In this document: in pieces, positions 10,840 through 19,651 of the stretch
How positions within the stretch are numbered: position 1 is the first letter of the stretch
How the letters are laid out: each line of letters begins with the position of its first letter
Assembly: GCA_040905565.1 (NCBI GenBank)
Contig: JBBDRF010000029.1
Coordinates: 1-19,651, forward strand
Source of the DNA: Phycisphaeraceae bacterium
Lineage (GTDB): Bacteria > Planctomycetota > Phycisphaerae > Phycisphaerales > Zrk34
DNA length: 19,651 nt
Direction of reading: 5' to 3'
Position numbers and translations under genes: made by a program
The notes under the pieces: generated by a model
The model's database searches: none
Told to the model about the DNA's origin: nothing
Seen by the model: the letters and a program-made list of their open reading frames with translations, nothing else

Positions 10840-11175
10840 TCACGTCGCCATCGTGCGGCATTCGCTGGCGCAGCGGCGGCAGGCTTCGGCGCATTCCTGG
10901 CAGTGGTCCTGCTCGTGCCGGGCGCATTCCTCCGCACACTGATCGCAAACCTCAGCACACAGATCGCACAGGTCCACCGCGAACTCCGAGCCCGCAGCCA
11001 TGTACCGCGTGCACAGCTGACAGATCGCTTCGCAGTCGCGGCACAGCCGGGCGCAGCGCGCCATCGCGGGCTCTTCAAGACAGGCGTCAAGGCAGAATGC
11101 GCACTTTGCGGCACAGTCCTGGCAGGATTCGATGCAACTCTGATATTCACTGCGGGCTTCGCGAAGGGTGGGCAT
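10840..11175 (-). CDS. Cys-rich four-helix-bundle copper storage protein (Csp3 / YhjQ / DUF326 family)
   Basis: 111 aa from ATG 11175 with 21 Cys in CX2C/CX3C periodicity and the [24 protein letters not shown] motif. AAAGGA SD upstream. No Tat signal, so a cytosolic Csp3 type. Confidence 0.92.
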   Translation of the reverse strand: MPTLREARSEYQSCIESCQDCAAKCAFCLDACLEEPAMARCARLCRDCEAICQLCTRYMAAGSEFAVDLCDLCAEVCDQCAEECARHEQDHCQECAEACRRCASECRTMAT

Positions 11176-11336
11176 GGTGTATCCTTTCGGTTCGATCGTC
11201 GGTGCGCCGCGATCGCCGATCGCGGTTGTACAATCCAACCAGTCAACAAACCTTGTGCCCTGCTAAAGGCCGACGCACCACGCCTCGTCATCGGGCACGA
11301 ACCGACGTAGAAGATGCAAGATCGAAGGGAATGATG

Positions 11337-12065
11337 ATGCAGCCGCTTCGCGTGACCGTCTGGCACGAACATCGCCATGAGCAGCAGTCGCCCGTCGTTC
11401 AGCAGGTTTATCCGCAGGGCATGCATGCTGCGGTGGAGCAGGCGATCACGTCACAACTCGGGGAAGCGGTGACGGTGCGTCATGCTTTGCTGGATGATCC
11501 AGAGCACGGGCTGAGCGATGCGGTGCTGGCCGAGACGGATGTGATGACTTGGTGGGGGCACATGGCACACGACGAGGTGGACGATGACATCGTCGAGAAG
11601 GTGCATCAGCGCGTGCTTGAAGGGATGGGTCTGATCGTGCTGCACTCAGGGCATTATGCGAAGATTTTCAAGAAGCTCATGGGCACCGGCTGCGGCTTGA
11701 AGTTTCGCGAAGAGGGCGAGCGCGAACGACTTTGGGTGGTGAACCCCGGGCACGAGATCGCCGACGGCTTGCCCGAGTTTTTCGACCTGCCTCAGAGCGA
11801 GATGTACGGCGAGCTGTTCGACATCCCCGCCCCCGACGAACTGGTGCTGCTGAGCTGGCACGAGGGCGGCGAGGTTTTCCGCTCCGGCTGCTGCTTCACG
11901 CGCGGCAAAGGCCGCATCTTCTACTTCGCCCCTGGCCACGAGACGTTCCCGATCTACTACGATCCGACGGTGCAACGCGTCATCGCCAACGCCGTGCGGT
12001 GGGCCCAGCCACGCAGTTCGGCGCGGTACACGTTCAAAGCAGAACGGCGGGAGCGGGAGGCGTAA
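11337..12065 (+). CDS. thuA: Trehalose utilization protein ThuA family (class I glutamine amidotransferase-like fold)
   Basis: [61 protein letters not shown] and [13 protein letters not shown]. Three tandem ATGs (11331/11334/11337) follow GAAGGGA. Confidence 0.92.
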   Translation: MQPLRVTVWHEHRHEQQSPVVQQVYPQGMHAAVEQAITSQLGEAVTVRHALLDDPEHGLSDAVLAETDVMTWWGHMAHDEVDDDIVEKVHQRVLEGMGLIVLHSGHYAKIFKKLMGTGCGLKFREEGERERLWVVNPGHEIADGLPEFFDLPQSEMYGELFDIPAPDELVLLSWHEGGEVFRSGCCFTRGKGRIFYFAPGHETFPIYYDPTVQRVIANAVRWAQPRSSARYTFKAERREREA

Positions 12066-12066
12066 A

Positions 12067-13263
12067 TCACCCCAGCAGCCGCACGATTTCGTCGATGTCT
12101 TTGTCGCCTCGGCCGGAGAGGTTGATCAGGACGTGGCGGTCGGCGGGCATGGCGCGGGCGATCTGCAGGGCGCCGTAGACGGCGTGCGAGCTTTCCAGGG
12201 CGGCCAAAATGCCTTCGTTCTCCGCGAGTTTCTTGAAGCCTTCGAGCGCCTGGCTGTCATTGCAGGTGGTGTAGTGGACGCGGCCGGTATCTTTCCAGTA
12301 GGCGTGCTCGGGGCCGACGCCGGGGTAATCCAGGCCTGCGGAGATGGAGTGGACGTCGGCGGTCTGGCCTTCGTCGCTTTGCATGACATAGCTGAGCGAG
12401 CCGTGGAGGACGCCGGCCTGCCCGTAGGCGAGCGGGGCAGCATGATGGCCGAGGTCGCTTGACGTGCCGCCCGCTTCGACGCCGATGAGCCTCACGTCCT
12501 GATCCTCCGCGAACGGGTAAAAGATGCCCGCGGCGTTCGATCCGCCGCCGACACATGCGACGACTGCATCGGGCAGTTTGCCGAGTTGCTCCAAGCTCTG
12601 CGCGCGGGCCTCGCGGCCGATCACGGACTGGAAATCGCGCACCATCATGGGGAACGGGTGCGGGCCGACGACGGAGCCGATGATGTAGTGCGTGTTTTCC
12701 ACGCTGCCCATCCAGTCGCGCATCGCTTCGTTGGTCGCATCCTTCAGCGTTCGGCTGCCGGACTCGACGCTGACGACCTTCGCGCCAAGCAGCTCCATGC
12801 GGACGACGTTGGGGCGCTGGCGTCGCATGTCTTCCGAGCCCATGTAGACTTCGCAATCGAGGCCGAGCAGGGCGGCGGCGGTGGCCGTGGCGACGCCGTG
12901 CTGGCCCGCGCCGGTCTCAGCGATGATCCGCTTCTTGCCCATACGCTTAGTCAGCAGCGCCTGCCCGAGCGTGTTGTTAATTTTGTGAGCGCCGGTATGC
13001 GCCAGGTCTTCCCGCTTGAGCCAGACCTGCGCGCCGCCGACCGCTTTGGTGAGACGGCGTGCGTGATAGAGCGGCGTGGGCCGGCCGACGTAGTGCTTGA
13101 ACAGGTGCTCAAGGTCGGCGGCGAAGGTGGGGTCGGCTTGGGCCTTGGCGTACTCGTTGGTCAGCTCGTGCAGGGCAGCGATGAGTGTTTCGGGCACGTA
13201 CACGCCGCCGAACCGCCCGAAGCGGCCGCGATCGTCCGGTAGTTTTTGCAGGGTCGCGTTCAT
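12067..13263 (-). CDS. trpB: Tryptophan synthase beta chain
   Basis: [31 protein letters not shown] (PLP Lys), [35 protein letters not shown] and NLSGRGDKD. Start at ATG 13263. Confidence 0.98.
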   Translation of the reverse strand: MNATLQKLPDDRGRFGRFGGVYVPETLIAALHELTNEYAKAQADPTFAADLEHLFKHYVGRPTPLYHARRLTKAVGGAQVWLKREDLAHTGAHKINNTLGQALLTKRMGKKRIIAETGAGQHGVATATAAALLGLDCEVYMGSEDMRRQRPNVVRMELLGAKVVSVESGSRTLKDATNEAMRDWMGSVENTHYIIGSVVGPHPFPMMVRDFQSVIGREARAQSLEQLGKLPDAVVACVGGGSNAAGIFYPFAEDQDVRLIGVEAGGTSSDLGHHAAPLAYGQAGVLHGSLSYVMQSDEGQTADVHSISAGLDYPGVGPEHAYWKDTGRVHYTTCNDSQALEGFKKLAENEGILAALESSHAVYGALQIARAMPADRHVLINLSGRGDKDIDEIVRLLG

Positions 13264-13315
13264 AAGGCTCGTAGTGTAGCGCGCCGCGCTCAAAGTCGGA
13301 AGCGGGGAACAACTT

Positions 13316-13342
13316 CGAAGCCCACGGCGTGACGCCGTGGGA
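13316..13342. repeat. REP-like palindrome family 1, copy 3 (perfect stem)
   Basis: cGAAG-CCCACGGCG-tga-CGCCGTGGG-a: a 9-bp perfect stem with a GAAG tetranucleotide at its 5' foot. Confidence 0.85.
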
Positions 13343-13429
13343 CGTTCCTCCCCTCCCCCCAACGGCGATCTGCGATCGCCGGCCAACGAGGCGGCTGGAA
13401 AAATTATTATTGGTATTGCTTGGCGGCTG

Positions 13430-13480
13430 TGTTACACTCGTGAAGGCCGGAGTCAAGCGACGCGAAGTTGTTTTTTTTTG
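13430..13480 (-). promoter_or_regulatory. Putative sigma70-type promoter with upstream A-tract
   Basis: Minus strand reads caaaaaaaaac...TTGACT-16 nt-TAACAC. The -10 element is imperfect. Confidence 0.35.
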
Positions 13481-13539
13481 CGGTCGCCGATGGGTAGTTT
13501 CTGGGAGTGCAATTGACGTTCTTATTGCTGTTTAACCTT

Positions 13540-13629
13540 CGATCTCACGCGGCTTAACGGCCACGCATCAGATTTTCTCCTTTTCTCCTCCGCCCCTCAG
13601 CGCTCTACCCGAGCGTTGAGGGGTTTTTT
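13540..13629 (+). ncRNA. Candidate small RNA with CU-rich anti-SD tract and intrinsic terminator (5' end uncertain)
   Basis: A + strand terminator lies between two minus-strand genes with no credible + strand CDS feeding it. It is preceded by UUUUCUCCUUUUCUCCUCC. Confidence 0.45.
13593..13629 (+). terminator. Rho-independent terminator
   Basis: CCCCTCAGCGCTC-taccc-GAGCGTTGAGGGG-TTTTTT: a 13-bp stem followed by U6. Its one G-U pair forms only on the + strand. Confidence 0.85.
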
Positions 13630-13722
13630 CATGCGCGCACCGTTTCCGGGGGCGTCCTGAGGTCCTGAGGGAACACCAATCGCTCAACTCACCTGCGGGA
13701 AAAGGTGGGGGGGCGGGGGGGG

Positions 13723-14280
13723 TTAGTTGGCGCGGGACATGTACGAGCCGTCCGCGGTGGAGATGCGGAGGACTTCGCCGTTTTCGATAAACGGAGGGAC
13801 GCGGGTCTTCAGGCCCGTTTCCATGGTCGCTTCTTTGAGCTGATTGGTCGCCGTGGCACCCTTGGGCTGGGGGGCGGTCTCGGCCACTTCGAGGTCGACC
13901 GCGGAGGGCAGATCGATCGAAACCGGAGCGTCCTGGTACATGAACACATTCACGTTCGTGTTGGGCTTGATGAACTTCATGGCATCGCCGAGCAGGTCGG
14001 TGCCGATGGAGAGTTGGTCAAACGTTTCGTTGTCCATGAAGACGTAGCCGGTGGCGTCTTCGTAAAGGTACTGCATCTCACGGCGGTCGAGCATGGCCTG
14101 CTCGACATCTTCGGACGCGCGGAGGCGCTTCTCGGTGACGCTCCCTGACGCGATGGATTTGACCTTGAGCTGGACGTAAGCCGGCCCTTTGCCGGGCTTA
14201 ACGTGGTCGGCGTTGGTGACGACGTAGAGAGTGCCATCGAGGTTGAGGGCCATGCCGGGACGAATGTCGTTGGATTTCAC
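13723..14280 (-). CDS. efp: Translation elongation factor P
   Basis: SNDIRPG, HVKPGKGPAYVQ (Lys-type loop), MQYLY, VFMDNETFDQ and KEATMETGLKTRVPPFIENGE. GTG 14280 is preferred because AAGGAG lies 9 nt upstream, whereas ATG 14289 directly abuts the SD. Confidence 0.97.
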   Translation of the reverse strand: MKSNDIRPGMALNLDGTLYVVTNADHVKPGKGPAYVQLKVKSIASGSVTEKRLRASEDVEQAMLDRREMQYLYEDATGYVFMDNETFDQLSIGTDLLGDAMKFIKPNTNVNVFMYQDAPVSIDLPSAVDLEVAETAPQPKGATATNQLKEATMETGLKTRVPPFIENGEVLRISTADGSYMSRAN

Positions 14281-14373
14281 CGCAGCCATCTCCTTGGGAG
14301 TGTCAAATGCGAAGGCCACGCGATTGCTGCGAAGCCGGGATCGGTCGATTTTGCCGGTAAAAGGCAGGGCGGC

Positions 14374-14403
14374 ATGATACGGGCCTGCCGCCGGGTTTGC
14401 CAA
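14374..14403 (-). promoter_or_regulatory. Putative sigma70-type promoter of efp
   Basis: Minus strand TTGGCA-18 nt-TATCAT immediately after the accC stop codon. Confidence 0.45.
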
Positions 14404-15783
<1,380 letters not shown>

Positions 15784-15897
15784 GCGCAGTTGCTCGCTGG
15801 GGGGTCAGAAGCCGGCATCGAAGGGGCCCGGTGAAGGGCGCCAGCCGGCTCACTTTTTCACGGATCGAAAGGGACGCAAAACCGGACGCGGATGCGC

Positions 15898-16362
15898 TTA
15901 GTCGGGTTTCACCTGGAACAGCGGCTGGCCGAACTCCACGGCATCGCCGTTGGCGACGAGCACCTTCTGCACGGTGCCGCTGACCTCGGCCTTGATTTCG
16001 TTGAAGACCTTCATCGCTTCGAGAATGCACACGACGCTGTCGTCGTCGACGTGCGATCCGACGCGGACAAGGACGTCGGCATCGGGGCTCGGGGCGGAAT
16101 AGAAGGTGCCGACCATCGGGCTCTTGATTTCCAGAAGCCCCAGCGAAGCGGCCGAGGGTTCTTCCCCGGTCTCCGGCTGAGCGGCGGCCGGCGCGGGTGC
16201 CGCGGCCGGCGGCGGGGGAGCCGTCGTCTGTACGGTGGGCATGACCTGTCCGCTGGAGCGCTTGAGGGTCACCTGTTCTTCGTTATCGCGCAGGTCCAGC
16301 TCCGAAAGGTCGTTGTCGGACATGAGCTGGACGAGCTGTTTGAGCTTTTTTATATCGATCAT
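15898..16362 (-). CDS. accB: Acetyl-CoA carboxylase biotin carboxyl carrier protein
   Basis: MIDIKKLKQLVQLM, a Pro/Ala linker, IKSPMVGTFY, EAMKVFN (biotinyl-Lys) and VEFGQPLF. Alternative start at GTG 16365. Confidence 0.97.
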   Translation of the reverse strand: MIDIKKLKQLVQLMSDNDLSELDLRDNEEQVTLKRSSGQVMPTVQTTAPPPPAAAPAPAAAQPETGEEPSAASLGLLEIKSPMVGTFYSAPSPDADVLVRVGSHVDDDSVVCILEAMKVFNEIKAEVSGTVQKVLVANGDAVEFGQPLFQVKPD

Positions 16363-16488
16363 CACCGATTGCCTTGCTTATCGATCGTCGGGTATCTCGC
16401 AGCGCGAAGGGCGCTGCTGCGTGAAGCCTCGGACCGCTCGCGGTCGGGCCTGCCATAAGGTCGCCGTCGCCTTCAGGAAAAAGCGACG

Positions 16489-17619
16489 CTAAATGATCGC
16501 CGAATCTACGTCGGCGGGCAAGCTGCAAAGGTTACGCCGACCGCGGGGGGTGACGCAAACGTCGTCCTCCAGGCGGACCCCGCCGACGCCCGGCAGATAG
16601 ATGCCCGGCTCGATGGTCACGACCTGGCCGACTTGCAGTTCGCCCTTGGAACGTGCACTGAGCGAAGGTTGTTCGTGGACCTCCAGCCCGATGCCATGGC
16701 CGAGGCTGTGGCCGAACTCTTTGCCGAAGCCCGCGTCTTTGATCACCTCGCGGGCCGCAGCATCCACATCCCGCAACGGCACGCCCGGTTTGATCGCAGC
16801 GATACCCGCCTGCTGGGCCTCGTGAACGACGGTGTAGATCTCGCGAATCTTACGCGGCATCTTGCCCAGTGCCACCGTCCGAGTCATGTCGCTGACATAG
16901 CTGCCGAAGCGGGCGCCGAAGTCGATCAAGATGATGTTGTTCCGCCGCACCTTCGTTTCGCCGGGCAGATGGTGGGGGATGGACGCATTCGCGCCGGCGG
17001 CGACGATCGTGCGGAAGCCGGCTCCCGACGCACCGTGCACGCGCATCAGGTAATCCAGCCGGGCGGCGATGTGCCGTTCGGTCATGCCCGGCTTGATCCA
17101 CTCACGCAGCTCGTTGAAGGCCTTTTCCTGAATGCGGACGGCCTTCTGGATGAGCTTGATCTCGTCGTCATCTTTCACCGCGCGCTGATCGACGAGCCAA
17201 CTGCCGATCGTCTGCAGCGCCTTCGCGCCGACGGCCTTTACCAGCGCCTGCCGTTGTGAAACCGTGAGGTGCTCGCCTTGGATGCCGATCGTTTTGAGCT
17301 TTTGCTGGCTAGCGATTTTGCCGGCCTCATGCGCCAGCGATTCACGGCGCATCACCGCTCGCGCGAACGGCGCGTCGCGCTCGATCTCTTCCTCGAAACG
17401 CCGATCGCTGAGGATGACCACGGTGCGACGCGTCAGCAGCGCCCAGCTGTCCTCGCCACAGAACCCCGTGAGGTACTCGATGTCAGGCGGGTTGCTGATG
17501 AGCAGCGCATCAAGGTTCTCATCCTTCATGCGCTGACGCAGCGGCCGAAGGCGATTGAGCAGGCGAGGCGGCCAACTACGGACCGACGTCTTTTTCTTCT
17601 TGCGTGGAGCTTTAGCCAT
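16489..17619 (-). CDS. Xaa-Pro aminopeptidase/prolidase, M24B family (PepP/PepQ/YqhT-like)
   Basis: Creatinase-N-like region (DALLISNPPDIEYLTGF). Metal and substrate motifs IPHH, LIDFGA, YVSDMTRT, HSLGHGIGLEVHE, TIEPGIY and GVRLEDD. Confidence 0.95.
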   Translation of the reverse strand: MAKAPRKKKKTSVRSWPPRLLNRLRPLRQRMKDENLDALLISNPPDIEYLTGFCGEDSWALLTRRTVVILSDRRFEEEIERDAPFARAVMRRESLAHEAGKIASQQKLKTIGIQGEHLTVSQRQALVKAVGAKALQTIGSWLVDQRAVKDDDEIKLIQKAVRIQEKAFNELREWIKPGMTERHIAARLDYLMRVHGASGAGFRTIVAAGANASIPHHLPGETKVRRNNIILIDFGARFGSYVSDMTRTVALGKMPRKIREIYTVVHEAQQAGIAAIKPGVPLRDVDAAAREVIKDAGFGKEFGHSLGHGIGLEVHEQPSLSARSKGELQVGQVVTIEPGIYLPGVGGVRLEDDVCVTPRGRRNLCSLPADVDSAII

Positions 17620-17627
17620 GGCCGAAA

Positions 17628-17633
17628 ATTATA
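17628..17633 (-). promoter_or_regulatory. Consensus -10 box (TATAAT) 8 nt upstream of the M24 peptidase ATG
   Basis: Minus strand reads gcgTATAATtttcggccATG with no SD in between. Confidence 0.55.
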
Positions 17634-17742
17634 CGCCAAGCCCGGGAAGCGCGAAACTCCAATCCAACAACCCCGACTGTCCCCAGTGACTTGTCCACCA
17701 GTGCTTTCGGCGATGGGTGGGTGCCGAATTTGGGGGTAAGGT

Positions 17743-17927
17743 CGGAATACGAGTCGCGACCGTAAGGGAGCGGTGGTGTTCAAACAACTTGTGAAAGCGA
17801 GGGGGGCATGGAGCTGCGGCTCCCCGCCTTGCAGTTTTGTCCGCAGCGGTCGTGCAATTGCGACGCGTCTTGATGACGCGTCAAGCTCTGACGCACAACC
17901 GCTTACTCACGTGCGCGGCTCGTTGCC
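17743..17927 (+). mobile_element. REPIN/MITE-like non-autonomous element (family 2), copy B
   Basis: Left end cggaatacgagtcgcgaccgtaagggagcggtggtgttca and right end gcacaaccgcttactcacgtgcgcggctcgttgcc form imperfect inverted repeats. Colinear with the reverse complement of 10608-10781. Confidence 0.8.
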
Positions 17928-17999
17928 AGCGGCGCACCGCGTTGACGCTTACGATCTGTCGCACCCCCTTTGCGCAGAAGATGCAAAGCGAGCACCTGA

Positions 18000-18761
18000 T
18001 CACATCGTCGTCTTGTGCACCGGCTCGGACGGATCGCGAAGGCTCACCGGGGGATCGAGAATTTCTTTCATCACGATCGCTCGGCGGAGGGCCTGGCGGT
18101 TGAGGGGGCCCACGAGTTCAGAGCCGGTCGGCTCCATCGCTTCGGTGGAGAACGGCGAGCGCGGGGCCCGGGGGCGCTGCGGAGCCGGGGCGGCGCCGGT
18201 GCGTTTCTTACGCCGCTGGCCTTCCTCAGCCTGCCGACGTGCCGCCGTCTCATGGCGTTTCTGCAGGCGCTCCTGACGCTCAAGCTCTTCGTTGCGACGC
18301 TGCTCGCGGACGGTCGCTTCGTCCCGGGCTTTTTGAGCGGATCGCTCGGCCCGCTGCTTCATCTCGTGAATGCTCTGCTCGGTGGAGCGGCGCTCGGGAA
18401 TGTCGCGGCGGGATTGCGGCTGGGGCCTGTTGCGAGGCGGCGGCGGGGGCGTGGTGCGTCGCGGCGTTTCAGTGGCGGTGCGGCCTCCGCCCTCGCGCCC
18501 CTGCCGGGCCACTTCCTGAAGCTGACGCCGACGCCGTTCGGCCAGCTCGTTCAAGCGATCACGCAGCGTGTCCTTCTCGCCCTCGGCATCGGACTCGCCC
18601 GCTGAGCGTCGCATCTCGGCACGGCGCTGCTTGGCCTCAGCTTCCTTCTTCTGCTCCTGGATCGCTTTGCCGATGCTCAGCACGACCCATACCGTGACGA
18701 CGATGACCCAGATGATCCATTCACCGTTCTGGCCAAGCGTGATCGGGATTGCGTCGAACAT
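18000..18761 (-). CDS. Hypothetical single-pass membrane protein with charged coiled-coil and YqfB-like C-terminal motif
   Basis: N-terminal TM segment WIIWVIVVTVWVVLSI, an R/E/Q-rich helical body with Pro-rich linkers, and C-terminal LRRAIVMKEILDPPVSLR. Confidence 0.75.
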   Translation of the reverse strand: MFDAIPITLGQNGEWIIWVIVVTVWVVLSIGKAIQEQKKEAEAKQRRAEMRRSAGESDAEGEKDTLRDRLNELAERRRRQLQEVARQGREGGGRTATETPRRTTPPPPPRNRPQPQSRRDIPERRSTEQSIHEMKQRAERSAQKARDEATVREQRRNEELERQERLQKRHETAARRQAEEGQRRKKRTGAAPAPQRPRAPRSPFSTEAMEPTGSELVGPLNRQALRRAIVMKEILDPPVSLRDPSEPVHKTTM

Positions 18762-18803
18762 GAGCGAAAGCTTCCGAGCATGAGATGAGAGGTGCGTTCG
18801 ATC

Positions 18804-19634
18804 TTACCCCGGCCGATGGTGCGGCGGCAACCGGACATCGAACACGGGACGCTGACTGGCGTCGCGACCCAGCGGCCGCACCTGCACGTGGTAAACCGGC
18901 TCGAGCACCGCCGGCTCGAGCACGACGTCCCACTCGCCGTCGGCCACGAGCCTCCCCTGATCCAGAAGCCAGACCCGGTCGGCGTAACGGCTCGCCAGGT
19001 TCAGATCCTGCACCACGACCACCACCGCCAATCCCCCGGCCGCCAACTCACGCAGCAGCTTCATCGTGCGATGCACGTGGGCGAGATCCATCGCACTCGT
19101 CGGTTCATCCAGAAGCATGATGCGCCCTTCGCCCGCCGCTTGCGCCATCGCCCGCGCCAATAGCACGCGTTGCTGCTGACCGACGCTGAGTTCGCTGAAA
19201 CGCTGCTCCGCGAGGTCGTAAACTTCGCACGCTTCGATCGCGCGTTCCACGGCCACCTCATCAGGCACGAGCGCGAATCGGCCCATCCGCACCACCTGCC
19301 GCACGGTGAACGAGAACGCCGCTGAACTGCGCTGCGGCACGTAGCTCATCCAGCTGGCGCGACGGCTGGCGCGCCAGCGGCCGATGCGTCGATCGCCGAG
19401 GAACACGCGCCCGCCGGTGGGTTTCAGGTCGCCAAGCATCAGGCGAAGCAGCGTCGATTTGCCCGAGCCGTTGGGCCCCATCACCGCATGCACCCGGCCG
19501 GGCTCGACCTCCGCAGAAATATCCGAAAGCACCGGCCGATGTCGGTGATACGCATACCGCACCTGCTCAAGCCGAAGCAGCGGCTGCGCCGACGAGCCGG
19601 AACCCACGCTACGGCCTGAAACCCCTGCGGGCAA
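18804..19634 (-). CDS. ABC transporter ATP-binding protein, iron-siderophore/heme/cobalamin (FecE/HmuV/BtuD-like) class; start uncertain
   Basis: Walker A GPNGSGKST, Q-loop YVPQ, FSFTVRQVVRMGR, signature LSVGQQQRV, Walker B IMLLDEPT and DLNLASRYADRV. The frame is open to the window edge; GTG 19607 is another possible start. Confidence 0.92.
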   Translation of the reverse strand: MPAGVSGRSVGSGSSAQPLLRLEQVRYAYHRHRPVLSDISAEVEPGRVHAVMGPNGSGKSTLLRLMLGDLKPTGGRVFLGDRRIGRWRASRRASWMSYVPQRSSAAFSFTVRQVVRMGRFALVPDEVAVERAIEACEVYDLAEQRFSELSVGQQQRVLLARAMAQAAGEGRIMLLDEPTSAMDLAHVHRTMKLLRELAAGGLAVVVVVQDLNLASRYADRVWLLDQGRLVADGEWDVVLEPAVLEPVYHVQVRPLGRDASQRPVFDVRLPPHHRPG

Positions 19635-19651
19635 AGGTGGGGGGGGGGGGG

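Noticed and set aside
11245..11262. Sigma54-like GGCAC-N5-TTGT on the minus strand upstream of csp3
   Set aside because: It lacks the invariant GC at -12 and the TGG at -24.
10635..11336. Long N-terminal extension of the ThuA ORF, which would overlap the Csp3 gene
   Set aside because: The extension is low-information R/P/G-rich sequence antisense to the Cys-rich gene. ThuA similarity begins at the tandem ATGs after an SD.
12067..13263. trpB without adjacent trpA as a novelty
   Set aside because: Dispersed trp genes are common outside enterobacteria. The sequence is a canonical TrpB1, and trpA is probably elsewhere.
2076..13342. CRISPR interpretation of the 27-bp palindromic repeats
   Set aside because: The copies are kilobases apart, separated by genes and in both orientations. 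There are no regular spacers and no cas genes.
13264..13460. trp attenuator or T-box leader upstream of trpB
   Set aside because: No short leader ORF with tandem Trp codons, no T-box consensus and no minus-strand U-tailed terminator.
13654..13670. Tandem 8-mer gtcctgag x2
   Set aside because: Only two units with no supporting context, so compatible with chance.
17773..18276. Peptide-coding interpretation of the family 2 element (similar translations such as VRSGRA...AQPL in both copies)
   Set aside because: There are many non-synonymous differences and frame-breaking indels between the copies. Nucleotide repeat identity explains the similarity.

Overview
GC-rich bacterial chromosomal window. 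The gene content (secreted sulfatase, TolB-PA-M28-PDZ peptidase, pepP-accB-accC-efp) suggests a Planctomycetota/Phycisphaerae-like organism; this is an inference. It holds 16 credible CDSs: a truncated sugar ABC binding lipoprotein, a signal-less SurA/PrsA-like parvulin, a Nudix hydrolase, a GH57 branching enzyme, a SAM methyltransferase, a sulfatase-LamG fusion, an M28 peptidase, a Csp3-like Cys-rich copper storage protein, ThuA, trpB, efp, accC, accB, an M24 Xaa-Pro peptidase, a YqfB-like membrane-anchored protein and a FecE/HmuV-type ABC ATPase. No tRNA, rRNA, CRISPR array or transposase was seen. The most interesting signals are non-coding. (1) Two inverted copies of a ~175-185 bp REPIN/MITE-like element. 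(2) Three copies of a separate 27-bp GAAG-footed REP hairpin. (3) An orphan + strand intrinsic terminator preceded by an anti-Shine-Dalgarno tract between trpB and efp, a candidate sRNA. (4) Three genes with a -10 hexamer only 8-9 nt before the ATG. Protein oddities include an ABC ATPase with His-switch to Gln and an LSVGQ signature, and a cytoplasmic-looking parvulin with an altered active-site loop. I see no well-supported new multi-gene system.
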